Assembly (NCBI GenBank): GCA_001938485.1
Contig: MQRK01222230.1
Coordinates: forward strand, 1-64,000
Direction of reading: 5' to 3'
Length of the DNA stretch: 64,000 nucleotides
Source: Girardia tigrina
Taxonomy: Eukaryota
Shown here: positions 1 through 13,245 of the stretch, one piece after another
How positions within the stretch are numbered: position 1 is the stretch's first letter
Layout of the letters: every line of letters starts with the position of its first letter
Position numbers and translations under genes: made by a program
Notes under the pieces: generated by a model
Told to the model about the DNA's origin: nothing
What the model saw: only the letters and a program-made list of their open reading frames with translations
Databases searched by the model: none

Positions 1-93
1 TATATATATATATATATATATACTTTTCAATTCATTCCAATGGCAATCAGGTTAATAAAACAAAAAATAGCCATTTTTCAAAAAATTTATTTT

Positions 94-130
94 TCAATAC
101 TAGTTTCGCCATATTGGCATTTTCAGTTGA
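94..130 (-). ncRNA. Minimal type I hammerhead ribozyme, core mutated (CUGAAAA)
   Basis: Reverse complement reads tcaa-CTGAAAA-t-gcc aatat ggc-GAAA-ctag-TA-ttga; G8 replaced by A. Confidence 0.75.
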
Positions 131-551
131 CTAATTGAAAGTTCAGATCTAAGTTCTTTTTATATAGCGGTAGACTGTTATGTAATATTACTCAATTTAA
201 GGTTTTTTTATTTACTTTAATTAAAAAAATTTACAAGAAAAAACTTCTAAAAAATCGATATTCAAAAGTTTAATTTTTTATTCAAAAAAGAGGCAAAAAG
301 AAGAAAACTTAGAAGAAACAGAAAACAAAAAACTAAGAATTAAAATATTTTAATATAATTTGAGGAATCACTTTGAACATTTAAGCATGGTTTATAATGA
401 TTAACAATGATTATCAGTGATTATCCTCTCCTTATAATTGTCAAAATTTTTACATAAAACACTAAATTCCTTATCACTTCCTATATTTTCTCGATCCCTA
501 CAATTCAATATATGATTAAGAATGGGACTGTTTTGACTCGATTGAGTATGT

Positions 552-1175
552 TCAGCAAATTCTAGTTAGAAGATGGTGGTTTGTCTCTCCAATGTACAAG
601 GCTTCGCACTTGTGATATTTAAACTGATATACTATATTTGCTTGCACACTCAATGGAATTTTTGATTTATTAGAAAATAAACCAAAAACTTTATTTGTGG
701 TAACAATTACCCTCAATTTAAAAATTGAAGGAGTTCTTTTCATTAATGAATTTTTGAAATCTTTTGCTCCGTCAGAAAATGGTATCTTTAAGGTGATGTT
801 TAACAAATTCTCAGTGTTATTTGGAACTTCGATTATGTTGTGACTTTTATTATTTGATTTCCTAAATATGGAGTCAATGGCATCTTTAATTAGCTTATTT
901 ACATAATTTTTATTGTAGCCATTCTTTTCTAATCTATTTTGAAGGTCATGATCTACATTCCCATACGAGGAAGATAAATTCCATACTATATGCACTAGTC
1001 CATTTACCATAATTCTGTTATACTTAGGGTCACAAAAGTTTTTGGGACCACTGTATAATCCAGTATCAGTGGATTTTCGAAAGACCAATGTACTGTAGTT
1101 CATCGATATTCTTTTTATGAGGACGTCCAGAAATGAAATACTGTTAGACTTTTCAATTTCACAAGTGTATTTCAT
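552..1175 (-). pseudogene. Penelope RT C-terminus / GIY-YIG endonuclease fragment
   Basis: Motifs SFLDV, FRK.T.TGLY and YIGET; frameshift near 553. Confidence 0.85.
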
Positions 1176-1386
1176 GTTTGGATGTAACCTTCTTCTGTTT
1201 CTTCTAAGTTTTCTTCTTTTTGTCTCTTTTTTTGAATAAAAAATTAAAATTTTGAATATTGATTTTTTATAAGTTTTTTCTTGTAATTTTTTTTAATTAA
1301 AGTAAATAAAAAAGCCTTAAATTGAGTAATATTGCGTAATAGTCTACCGCTATATAAAAATGACTTAAATCTGAAATTTCAATTAG

Positions 1387-1423
1387 TCAACTGAAGATGC
1401 CAATATGGCGAAACTAGTATTGA
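1387..1423 (+). ncRNA. Minimal type I hammerhead ribozyme (Penelope pLTR)
   Basis: tcaa-CTGAAGA-t-gcc aatat ggc-GAAA-ctag-TA-ttga: stem I tcaa/ttga, stem II gcc/ggc, palindromic stem III actagt, GUA cleavage triplet. Confidence 0.9.
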
Positions 1424-1457
1424 AAAATATTTTTTTGGAAAAATGACTATTTTTTGT

Positions 1458-1497
<40 letters not shown>

Positions 1498-1599
1498 CAC
1501 CGTTATATAATGGCTAGCATGGNNNNNNNNNNNNNNNNNNNNNNNNNNNNNNNNNNNNNNNNNNNNNNNNNNTATACCATGCTACCCATTATATAACGG

Positions 1600-2500
1600 T
1601 ATTTTAGAAAAATATTACATTGGTGAAAGACAAGTAAAGACTCGCATTTGATGTTATGATTTTTGCACAAAATAGTGGGTAAACAGTAAACAACAATTCA
1701 AACCTTTTACATATAAATATTTTGTTGGGCCACCTTTGGCAGAAATAACAGCCGCCAAGCAATTTGGCATGGAATTCAACAATGTCAGACAATACACAGG
1801 TGTGATTACGCTGCATCATACTTCAGGGATTTTTTCTTTCAAATCATTATAAGATGTCGGTCACAAAGTAAATACCTTCTTTCTGAATCTCGCACAACAG
1901 TTCTCAATAGGAATCAGGTCAGGTAAACTGCCAGGCTAGGGGCCAAGTAACTTCACTTAGTTTTGTTGTAGCCATTCCCGAACACACACGCTGTAGCACC
2001 GTCGTGTTAAAATATATCACATTTAGACCTTTTCATAGCTACTAACAACTTCTCTTGTAACAATCCAAGATATGCATTCACAGTTATTGTTGAATTTTCT
2101 GGTAAAAATCACAGTGATCCACTACCACCAGCCGAAATAGTCCCAAATATCATTTCCGATGGTGATTTCTTAACGCACATGAGGTTATATCTTTTATTAT
2201 ACCTCTCGCCAACTGATCGACAGACATGGGTCGAGAAACTATAGAATTGTTTAAGCAGTGTTTCGTCTGTGAAAAACATTGAGTTCCCTTATTGGGGCGT
2301 TCAGTCAATGTATCGTTTAGCAAACACCAGCCTACCCTAATGTTCTTGGAGGATTATCATGGAGTGCATGCTGGATGGTAGGCACTTAATTAAAAATCCA
2401 CTTGTAATCTCCGCCGCACTGTTCTGGCACTAACAGACAACATTAATTGTTTGTAGGCAAAAATTCCTCTCGGCGTTTCATTCCTAACAAACTGAAGAAA
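1600..2500 (-). mobile_element. Degenerate Tc1/mariner transposase remnant
   Basis: Reverse strand gives MFFTDE, HDGA and decayed W...LPDL motifs across frameshifts. Boundaries approximate. Confidence 0.6.
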
Positions 2501-3350
2501 ACAAAATGAAAAATTCCCACACACGTAAACTGATATAAATAGAAAATTGCATATACAAACTAAACCGTTATGCTCACTACGGTTATGAATTTTTTACAAC
2601 CCTACGTTGGCATAACACCAAACGATGAAGTTTTTGACAAAAGTAACATTTTTATTCATTTAAGATGTCCACGTGAAAAATTCCTCCCCCACCAAACAAA
2701 TTTTTAATGCATTGTTTAAATACAAAGATTCAAAGCATGTTCAAAACTTCATAATCAACAATGAAAGTTAAAACGCAAGAAGATATTTTGAGATAAAAAG
2801 TATTGCTTGGGATTCAATTATTCAGTTCAGTCGCATGTAGTTAGTGAGGATTAAATGGTTTTTAAGTTGTCCTTGACTTTTAGATTACGGAAATACTTCT
2901 TGGAACATTTGAATTGCCTGTTCGGCACACCGATTACTCCTTTTCACGATGTAGCAGCCTACAATCATATATGTTTATCAGTTTGAAAGTTTTTTTGATA
3001 TGGCTGTCATACACCCGGTATAAATAAAGAAATTAAGAATTTTTAATTTAAAATCTGAAACTTATGTATACCATTACAAATTTAAATAAAATATGCATTT
3101 TTTTCAATTGTTATTTTATTGATAATAAATAATTAAATATGTGTCTATATGTATTTATACATTAATATTAATAAATTAATCGATATTGGAATTGATTAGA
3201 AAAATCAAATAACAAAATTAAAATTGTAATTACAAAAATTAATTACAGCGTTATGGAATTAACAAGTTCATTGTCTGTCTAATCAAGGAATTCCGACAAA
3301 CGAAATTATATTTTACGGTATCGGAAACTTTCGACAAAACAAACAAAAAC

Positions 3351-4632
3351 CAGGTGACGTAAAAGTCTTGTCAATGGACTTAAACAATAAATTTTAGGAA
3401 CTTAAGCTGATATGTAATAATTTATTTATATTTAGTTTAGAGATGATAAGTATTGAAATCCTTTTTAAATCAATCTTTGATATTTAGAAATCTGTTGTAA
3501 ACCAATGAGAGCAAAACGTGCTGAGATTGCAGCATAGTTTCGCGCCGGCCACCTTGAAGTTAAAATTGCCGAAGAAATGGGATACACTGTGTGAACAATA
3601 GATTGAGTCCACAAGCGTTTGACTACAAACGAGAGTCTGCAAGATAGGCCTAGGAGTGTTCGAAAATCAAAAATAAACCTAGCTCAGCTCACATGGAACA
3701 TCAAGACCAGTCCAGAGTGATCAATCACAGTTCATACTTCAAAGTTTGATGTTATTAAGTCACAGAATAGTTGTACAGTAAAATTAACTGGTTTCAAGAC
3801 TCTTGGTATGATCAAGAGACCTTTACTAACCAATGCAATGAATCAGCATCGCTTTAAGCGATGTCATAACCATTTGATCGACATTAAGTCCCGCCTATCT
3901 GGAATTATTAAAGTCTTTGAAGACGAAATAACTTTCGCAGTGGATCCATCGTGGAACCAACAAAATAACCGTATCATTCGCTTTGGTGTTGATGACATCA
4001 GCGATGAACGAATTATGAACAGAACAAAGCCTCGTACCAGCATAATAATAACTAGTGTAGTGGCAGTGAATATAAATACCAGCTTCTCTAAAGGTCTTCC
4101 CTGCTGGTAACAGACTAAATACCACAGTTTACTATCAAGCTCTGAACCAAACTGTCCTACAATGGCTGAAGAAGTAGTTTCACCGAGAAAATTTTTGTTT
4201 TTATCAAGACAATGTACCATGTCATACAGCTTAGGTCCTCCAAAGTTTTTGCAGAACAAAGCCATACTTTTTACAACCAAAGACAAGTGGCATCCATCTT
4301 CGCTAGATGTGAATCCTCTGAATTACTTCATATGGATGCGTGTAGAGAATGAAGATTGCAATGCTCGATACTCACATGCTAAGACCCTAGGGAATTCGGT
4401 TGCTAAGGTCTGGAAGAATTTACCAGAGGCGTTTTTTAGTGTAAGTCTGAGCCGCATTCAGAAAAAATCTAGAAGCTCCTGTGTATGTAGCATGATATCA
4501 TTTTGAATAAACTATTTAAAATACTTCTATTTAAGTAGAATTCAAAGTTTCATTACGGTGCCTTTTATATTTTAAGAAATATAAATGTTTATCAGTTTGA
4601 AAGTCTTTTGAAATGCCTTTCGCACACCCGAT
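3351..4632 (+). mobile_element. Degenerate Tc1/mariner element, DD37D (maT-like)
   Basis: FEDE..F.V, QDNVPCHT and WHPSSLDVNPLNY; 37 residues between the second and third catalytic positions after one frameshift. Confidence 0.75.
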
Positions 4633-5786
4633 ATAAGTAAAGAAATAAAGAATTTTCAATTTAAAATCTGAAACTTTTAGTATTCCATTAAAAATTTAAA
4701 TAAAATATACAATTTTTTTCAAATTGACATTTTATTGATAAAAAAACAGAGCATCTGATAGATATAAGGGAAACTGCTCTTCTGATGATAAAAAATTATA
4801 GAAAAAAAGAAGAAACAAGTAATCGTAAAGTACGTGAACTCTATGTTCAAATATATAAACGCTGAAAATAGTGGCGATAAAATAGTTCTTGGAAAGAAGG
4901 TTTTACCATTTAATTGTCATTACAAAAAGATGATATAGTTTTGAAGTCTTCAGAAATAGAACAAAATTCGCGAGTAGGAATAATTATGGTCTCCTATAAA
5001 ACAGCTCTAGATTAAAAAGGCTATTGAAAAAGGATGCAATCATTAAAAAATGCTGAGTTACGAATTACAAATAAACAATCTAAAGATAAGAAGTAATGAA
5101 TTTATTTATTTTATTTTGAAGCACAATGTCAAAAAATAATTCTCTAATTTAAAACAGGGGCTCCACAAAAGTTTAAGCAAAATTAATATTCAAAAACAGG
5201 AAGAAATGTTTAGATAATATTATAGATATAAATAATTTTAAAATATTGTTTTCATAATTTGATAATTACTGGGAGAAGGTGCTATGTGAAGCATTGATGA
5301 TTAAAATTTTTTTATCCAAAAATCAATGTGCAAACACCATCTACTTTATGAAAATATTCTAAGATTTTAGTTATAACAGATTCCGTAATACGGAATAATT
5401 ACGTAGTAATTATTTTAAAATGTAGGTCAGTTTGTGGACGTGACTTTTTGGCACTGGAACTTTTTTGGAAATATGGAAACGCTCATAATTCTTTTTGGTA
5501 GTATATATGTTAGGCCGAATACGTGTATTTCGCAGGTCGGTTGCCGAATACACGAATTCGGCAGTTTTTTTAAAAAATTTTTAATTCAATTATGAAATTG
5601 ATATTGACATTTAATATGAAAAAATATGTATTTAATATGAAAATAATGTTTTAAAAATACACTTTTGCAATTCAGGAAGAAGTTTAAATAACTATGAATA
5701 AAAATTTTACATTTGGAGTCTATTTTGTATAATAAATTACGATTTTTTTAGAGTTTAATTTAGATTTTTTCATATGAAATTGATAA

Positions 5787-8066
5787 CAGTGGTATGCATG
5801 ATATCAGATGTTTTGAAAATGCAACTTGTTTCTAATAGATTTCAATGTGCTGATTTCAAATATATAATCCATTTTTTTCTATCACATACAGGTTTTTTTA
5901 CAATTCCAAAAAATGGTTTAAAACATTATATAACTGAAATACATTCATAATCCAGATAACTTCTGATATTTCAATGATATAATCCAATATATGTGAATGT
6001 ATCTGTGCATATATTCATTACTCATATGGACAATGTTGTATACACACAAACACACACTCCCATTTAATTAAAATAAATTCAATATTTAGTATTGAAATTT
6101 CTATTCATTTTAATTCATTTGATTTAACATGGCTACTAGTTCGAGTTCCAGAAGATGTTATTTGAATTCTCCAAATTTATTTTGTTATATTTGCGGAAGA
6201 TACATGTCTCAGAAGCAAAAGCAGCCTATCAATGGATTTTTGAAAAAAAATTATCATACATATTTTAAAATAAAATTAGGTGATCAAGATAAACCATTGA
6301 CACCTCATGTTGTATACAGGACATGTGTAGAAGGACTAGTTGGAACAGAGGTTTGAAAACTTCTTTAAGTTTTGGAATTCCAATGATTTGGCGTGAACCC
6401 AAAAATCACACAGACGATTGTTACTTCTGCATGGTAAACACCAAAGGTTTTAATAACAAGAATAAAAAAGATTTATATATCCTAATTTGCCTTCAGCATT
6501 AAGACAATTACCTCATGGAGATGACATTCCTGTTCCGATACCAATTGACATAGCAGAAGTTTTGTCAAATGATGAATCAAGTTCTGACGATGTTGTTGAA
6601 ACTGATAAAGACAATTTTTCACTTAGCAATTCAGATTCTAGAGGAGGATTTTCTCAGGCTGAATTAAACGACCTTGTTCGAGATTTGAATTTATCAAAAA
6701 ATTCATCAGAGTTACTGGGATCACGTTTAAAGGCTAAGAATTTACTAGAACCTGAAACAACTTTTTCATGATATAGTAATCGTGAAGCAGAATTTAGAAA
6801 ATTTTTTTCAAAAGTTGATTCCCTTGTATATTGTTTAAATATACCTGGATTGATTACTGAGTTGGGAGTTATGTATGATGTCAATGAAGGGAAAATTTTT
6901 ATTGACTCTTCCAAAAGAAGTCTCAAAGCAGTTCTTTTGCATAATGAAAATATTTAGGCATCTGTGCCAATTGCATATTCTATTCAATTGAAAGAAACCT
7001 ATAACAACAGGGTGGTGCTTCTTCAAAACATCAAGTACGATGAGCATAAATGGTTGATATGTGGTGATTTCAAAATAATTGAAATTCTACTAGGCCAGCA
7101 AGGATGCTATACTAAACTTCCATGTTTTTTATGTGAGTGGGATAGCAGGGCAAATAAAGATCATTGGGAAAAAATATTGGCAGTCATGAACAAATTTTTA
7201 ACGAGATATAAAAATATTAAAATTTCCTAAGTTGATTGAACCAAATAGAAAACTCCTGTCTCCTCTCCATATTAAACTTGGATTGATGAAGCAGTTTATG
7301 AAAGCGTTGGACAAAGAAAATAAGTGTATTGCATATATTTGTACCAAATTTCCAAAAATCAGTAATGAGAAACTGAAGGCTGGGATCTTTGATAGTCCAA
7401 ATATCAGAATGCTCGTGGAAGATAACGAATTTATGAAAATAATGAATGAATTTGAATTGAATACATGGCCAGTTATAGAGCTGTGGTGCACGAATTTCTC
7501 GGGAACAAGAGAGCGAAAAACTACGAAGTAATTGTTAATGAAATGATTTCTGTATTCCAAAAATTAGGATGTCGAATGAGCATTAAAATTCACTTTCTAT
7601 TTTAACATTTGGATTATTTTCCGGAAAGTCTTGTCGATTTTAGTGAAGAAATGGGTGAAAGGTTTCACCAAGACATTAAAACAATGGAAATCAGATATCA
7701 AGGACGATGGGTTGTTAACATGATGGCGGACTATTGTTGGACACTGAAAAGGGAGAATTTGACGGCTAAAGAATGTGGGAGAAAATCAAGAATTTTTATG
7801 CTTTATGTACTTTACACTTTATTAATTTTTTGTAAAAAAATTAACTAATTATTATTTTGAACAAATTATTTTGTAGCTAAAATTATTTTCGAAGCTAAAA
7901 ATGTTAAAAATCAGTAAAAAATAAAAATGTTAAAATTGAATTTGTGAAAAATTCTGACGTGATAGAAATATTTCACGTACATATTTGAAATCAACGTGTT
8001 TGAATTATGTTAGAACAATTAAAATATTTGAGACGTCTAAAAATTTTTTTAAAGTGCATACCAGCG
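5787..8066 (+). mobile_element. Chapaev3-type (CMC superfamily) DNA transposon, degenerate transposase
   Basis: TAA TSD on both sides; termini cagtggtatgca / tgcataccagcg. Fragments CYICG, GDQDKP, WREPKNH.DDCYFC, ELNDLVRDL, FIDSSKRSLKAVLLHN, PCFLCEWDSRA, LHIKLGLMKQF, EEMGERFHQDI, MMADYCW. Confidence 0.85.
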
Positions 8067-8102
8067 TAATTTTTCATAATTAATTGATATTTTTTCATAA
8101 TA

Positions 8103-10413
8103 CAGGTAGTCGTCGACTTACGACCTATGCAACTTACGACCATTCGACTTTACGACCACAATCGCTAGCCGCGGCGTACGACAGTGCATACCAGGTTCCG
8201 GTAGCACTACCATATATGCGTGTACCATTTCAACTGGATCTGGTCTGCAGACACTCCAGGCACCTCATGAGTTGTTTACAAGCAAAAAATGAATTTATTT
8301 ATTATAATTATTATAAATTAAATGTTAATTACTTAATATTGATATTCATTTTTTCCTATTTTTAATTTAATTGTGAGTATGAGAAACTAATAGTACAAGA
8401 CGTATTTAAATTGGTTTAATAAATATCTGTCTTAGATATTTTTCATCAAATCCCTCCCAAGATGTCTACCGAGAGGAAGTTGTATTTGTCTACGCCTCAG
8501 CCTGCCATGAAGGAAAGAAAGGTCATCGATCTCGATACGAAAATGAATGTAATTAAGCAGTACAAAGGAGGAAAGAAAGTTAATGTGATCGCACATGATA
8601 TGAAGTTATCACACTCGACTGTGTCGACGATTTTGAAAGATAAAGAAAGAATTTGTGAAGCTGTGAAAGGTTCTGCACCCATGCGATCAACAGTTATAAC
8701 CAAGCAAAGAAGCGGGCACATACACGAAATGGAGAAATTGTTATATATTTGGATGGAAGAACAAATTCAGAAACGGACACCATTAAGTCTTTTTACTGTG
8801 CAGATGAAGGCGAGAAATCTATTTCAGACTCTGAAAGAGCGTGCTGGAGAAGATTGCAGTCAAGAATTTTTAGCAAGTACTGGTTGGTTCCAGAGATTCA
8901 AGAAAAGATTTCAAATACTTAGTGTTCGAGTGACTGGAGAAGCAGCGAGTGCAGATGAGGAAGGAGCACGTACGTTTGTTGATAGTCTGGATAAATTAAT
9001 TACAGATGAGGGATATCTAACAAAACAGATTTTCAATGTTTATGAAACTGGATTATTTTGGAAACGGATGCCAGCACGCACTTATATTCACAAAGAGGAC
9101 AAAAGCATGCCAGGATTTAAAGCATATAAGAATAGACTAACTCTGCTGCTTGGTGGAAACATCGCAGGGTTTAAGCTGAAGCTGTTCTTAATTTATCAGA
9201 GAACCCGCGTGCGTTCAAAAATGTTAACAAGCACATACTGCTCGTGTACTTTCTTTCTCAACGTAAAGCATGGATGACACAAGGATTGTTTGAAGACTGG
9301 TTTATGAACTGTTTTATTCCTCAAGTTCGAGAATATTGTTTGGAGAAAGATATTCCTTTCAAGATTTTATTGCTACTCTATAATGCGCCTGGACACCCAC
9401 CATATATAGGTAGTCTCAATCCTGATGTGAAATTTGTTTTCCTGCCGCCAAACACGACTCCACTCATCCAGCCTATGGACAAAGGTAGGATTGCTACATT
9501 CAAGGTCAACTATCTCCGAACCACCTTCGCTCAAGCAATATCCGCTATAGATGATGACTCAGAACTAACATTGCGAGATTTTTGGAAACACTACAACATT
9601 TTAATGAGTATCAAGAATATCGCTGCCGCCTAGAAGGTTGTGACGACAAAGTGTATGAATGGCATCTGGAAAAATTATGTTAAGCGCTATGTTAATGATT
9701 TCGACGGATTTCACAGTGAACATGAAATCGAAACGATTCAGGAAAAAATAGTAAAACTCGCTAAAGACCTTTCTTTGGAGTGTGAAATGGAAGATGTCAA
9801 AGAGTTGCTAGACATAGAATCCGGAGAACTTACAAATGAAGAGCTAATCGAACTGGAAGAAGAAAGAGTGGCGGAAGAAGAAAGAAGAGAAGCAGAGAAA
9901 GAAGAGGAGAAGCCAGAAAGAAAGTTCACCACTAAGGTTTATCTTTACTGAATAAACTTCTTATACATTTCAGTGCAATGAACCCAAACATCGAACGATT
10001 TGCAAGAATTAAACGGATGGCGCATGATGTTTTTCGTCCGTATCGTGAAATTTATGAAGAAAAAAAGAAACAAACAATTCAGACAAAGCTCACAATGTTT
10101 ATGAAAAAACCAACTCCGGTAACCCCAACTGCTGCCTCAGATGACGACATCAATGATCCGCAGCCAAGCACCAGCGCCCAATAAAATGTTTCATACTTGT
10201 CTATATATTTTTATATGTTATGTTTTTCAATTGGAAAAATGTTTCCTATTGTATTTTTTAAACCTGTATTTTGTAATTTTGTATGTTTTGCAAATATTAA
10301 ACCAGTTGTACCAGTTGCACAGTACTGTACATATAGCCTACTCAACTTACGACCAAATCGTGTTACGACCGGTCTGTCGGAACAAATCGTGGTCGTAAGT
10401 CGACGACTACCTG
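8103..10413 (+). mobile_element. Full-length pogo/Tigger transposon, inactivated transposase
   Basis: Perfect TIRs caggtagtcgtcgacttacgacc and TA TSD. ORF pieces 8462-10184 carry a CENP-B-type HTH, FNV(D/Y)ETGLFWK, NAPGHP and PPNTTPLIQPMD, with frameshifts and stops. Confidence 0.95.
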
Positions 10414-11225
10414 TAAATGGATATTTCTCATATTAAATACATATTTTATTTCATATTAAATGTTAAAATCGATTTCATACTTGAATTAAATTTTTTTTAA
10501 AAAATTGCGGAATTCGTGTATTCGCAACCAACTTGCGGAATACACGAATTCGGCGTAACATATATATTACAAAAAAGAATTATGAGCGTTTCCATATTGT
10601 TTCCATATTATCAAAAAAAGTCCAGCGCCAAAAAGTTCTGATTTCTGTCAGTTTATCAATATTTATCTATTTTCGCTTGATTATGACAGTTGATCCGTCG
10701 AAATTAATAGCAGTAAATTTTGATGATGGTTTTTTTTGTATTTAGTTTTGTTTTTAATATAATAATAATAATTGAAAAACTTTCAAACCTGTTTATCTCG
10801 ACGAAATGTGTCCTTAAAATTATGAATTTATTAAAATAAATTTGATTAAATTTTATACATGAAAAAATATGAGAAAAATTTAACCATCATGTCGAACCAC
10901 AAAATGTTTTAAAATTGCAAATAATAACGGACTTTAAAATAATTAAAAAACATCTAACAAAAAAAATATTTATTCCAAAATTCTTATAAATTAAGTAAAA
11001 ATACACTAAAAGAGATTTTATATTTGGATAGGAAATCACTAATTTATAAACAATTTGCAAACGATGAAATTAGAAACAAAATGTATTTTGTTGGTGCGTG
11101 TTTGTCTTGTACTGACCGAATATGTTATTATACAGAAAGTCCAAAGTCCTAAACCTGGTGCAGTTAAGAGAACACACTGTTCACTCAGATTGTCATTTCG
11201 TCAGACATTTCAGTTTAATTGCTTC

Positions 11226-11692
11226 TGTGAGGAATATTTTAAATTGTTTGAATGTGTGAATGTATTGATGTTGTATGCTAATTTGAGTATGTTGAACTTA
11301 GAATAGTGATTCTCCCACCCAGATGGAAATTGGTATTTTTATATTTAATGTGATTGACTATTCAAACATAATTAAAATGATAATTTGATAAATTCTTATT
11401 TTTAAAATTACAATTAAAATTAAGTTTAATATTTTTTAAGAAAAGAAAGGAAGTCAATTGGATATAAATAAAACTAATTTTGAACAATTTGATAACATGT
11501 TTATTATTTTGAGTTTTTATTAAGAAATGGTTAAAATTATTATTTTTAATTAATATTTTTAGAAATTAAATATTTTCAAAAGATTTAGAAAAATTGTTCG
11601 AAAATTCATGATAAAATATATAAAAAACAATTAAAATAATGTCAAACGGTGAACGATCTTCCAAGAGTTTTGATGACTCTAAATGTAATAAT
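11226..11692 (+). mobile_element. Decayed solo LTR (same family as 18951, 49361, 51617)
   Basis: Starts tgtgaggaat and contains tctcccacccagatggaaattg, matching the family motif; interrupted by the MITE at 11694. Confidence 0.55.
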
Positions 11693-11693
11693 A

Positions 11694-12355
11694 CAGGGAA
11701 AGCCGCTTAATAGGACCACTGGTTAATAGGATCAAATTCTGTGGGACCGAATCATTTCCTATGTTTCGAATATTAAAGCAGCCGCTTAATAGGACCAGTA
11801 AAAGTCGGTTAATGGGACCACTCATGAAAGTGTTTGACCCTTCAAACAACATGAAAGTCATGAAAAACGTGTTTTTCGCGTAGGTCATACACCCACCCCA
11901 ATCAACATACACATACACACGTAACAAAGAAGCAGGTCTTGACTGAATTTGTATTTACTGTATTTGTTCTTATCTCTTTAGCTGCAGAGAGCACCTGCTA
12001 CATTTGTAGCACACACACACAGGACACAGCAAGATGAAAAGTGTCCTGCAAGCAAACGTACAGTTAATGGCGGTAGCCCCATACATTTACCATCCCAGGT
12101 ACGCATGTGTGTGTGTCGCCTAACTCGACATCAATCTTGCTAGAGCACAGTGAGGAGGGTTGAAGACTGGCTGCTGACGAGAGCTGCAGCAGGCTCACAT
12201 CCTCTTATGAAATCGTCACCACCAACTTCTCTCTTGTAGCAACTCGAAAAGTGTACTTTGTCAAAAAATAACACCACTTCGCTTAATGGGACCAGTCGGT
12301 TAATATGACCAGTTTGGCTTGGGACAAATGTGGTCCTATTAAGCGGCTTACACTG
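11694..12355. mobile_element. pogo/Tigger-type MITE
   Basis: TIRs cagggaaagccgcttaataggaccac / gtggtcctattaagcggcttacactg; TA TSD; repeated ttaat(a/g)ggacca subterminal motifs. Confidence 0.85.
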
Positions 12356-12563
12356 TAATAAAAATTCAAATGAAGATTGTCTCAATGTTTTTAACAGCAT
12401 CAATGAGATTTCGAATTGTTTTGAATTTGATTAGAAGACTAAACTTGAGATGAATGCATTGAAAGTGAGAAGTTTCATTTCAAAGATTAGCTTTTGGTTG
12501 GGTATAATCGTTATCTTTATCATTTGTTTCCCCTTTCATTTTTAATCCCTATCATATACCAAA

Positions 12564-13245
12564 CAGTATTTCCCATTATAATGTAGTTTCGGGCGTCAGC
12601 AACTGTTAACCGTATAATCTAGCAACCGCATAATAGCGAATATGTTTATAAAATAACAAAACTAAGTAAAAATTGTTAAACGTAGAGGTGTCCAAATATA
12701 ACTGTCTATCAATTTTTTTCGGTTTGAGCTCTGATAATGGATCTAGATAATCAAATACCTTGATCTCTCTATTTAACAGACCATGTACATAAAGTGTTAT
12801 CAAATTTTTCATCCTTCACAATGCACTTCAGTGCCGCAGTATCGTCAACACTTTGCAACAATTCGTTGATCCTCTCTTCATCTGTTATCCATCCCCTACA
12901 AGTAGATCCAGGACAATCCATTTGAAGACCAATTGACACATGCCTTTCACTTTTCCTCAGCATCATAAGAATTTCAAATTTATCAGCAATGATGTAAACT
13001 TTGAGTTTTTTTAGTTTTACTGAACATTTTTCCAATATGACAGAAAATAAACGGATAATACAAAAACGAAACGATAGGAAAATGAAATCAATTGTTTTTG
13101 ATTTTAATTAAACATTCCATTGACATATTACAACTTTGCGTGAGAATATATATAAGTCCATGGTTAAGGTTTATGAAGGAAAGGTAAAAATGGGCTACAT
13201 GACCATATCACGTTATAGCAAGGCGCGTTATAAAGGGGAGTATTG
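12564..13245 (-). mobile_element. Internally deleted pogo/Tigger element
   Basis: Imperfect TIRs cagtatttcccattataa / ttataaaggggagtattg; ORF 12769-13035 resembles the Tigger N-terminal HTH. Confidence 0.6.

Larger units (their letters stand above)
65..1457 (-). mobile_element. Penelope-like retroelement, 5'-truncated, with inverted pseudo-LTRs
   Basis: ORF 552-1175 encodes the RT thumb (ISFLDVLI, FRKSTDTGLY) and a GIY-YIG endonuclease start (IVYQFKY..C...YIGET..L.TRI). Arms ~65-330 and ~1190-1457 are inverted copies, each carrying a hammerhead. Confidence 0.9.
5430..10650. mobile_element. Non-autonomous element with ~210-bp terminal inverted repeats, hosting two younger transposons
   Basis: ~5430-5648 is the reverse complement of ~10422-10650 (e.g. 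ggaaacgctcataattcttttt / aaaaagaattatgagcgtttcc). Confidence 0.75.

Noticed and set aside
5787-8066. Chapaev3 (distant Transib/RAG1 relative) near Ig exons as a RAG-like rearrangement system
   Set aside because: The transposase is dead and the family is a common repeat. I saw no heptamer/nonamer signals flanking the Ig exons, which have ordinary splice sites.
11055-11306. Plus-strand ORF with hydrophobic start and Cys residues
   Set aside because: Runs into solo-LTR sequence; chance ORF.
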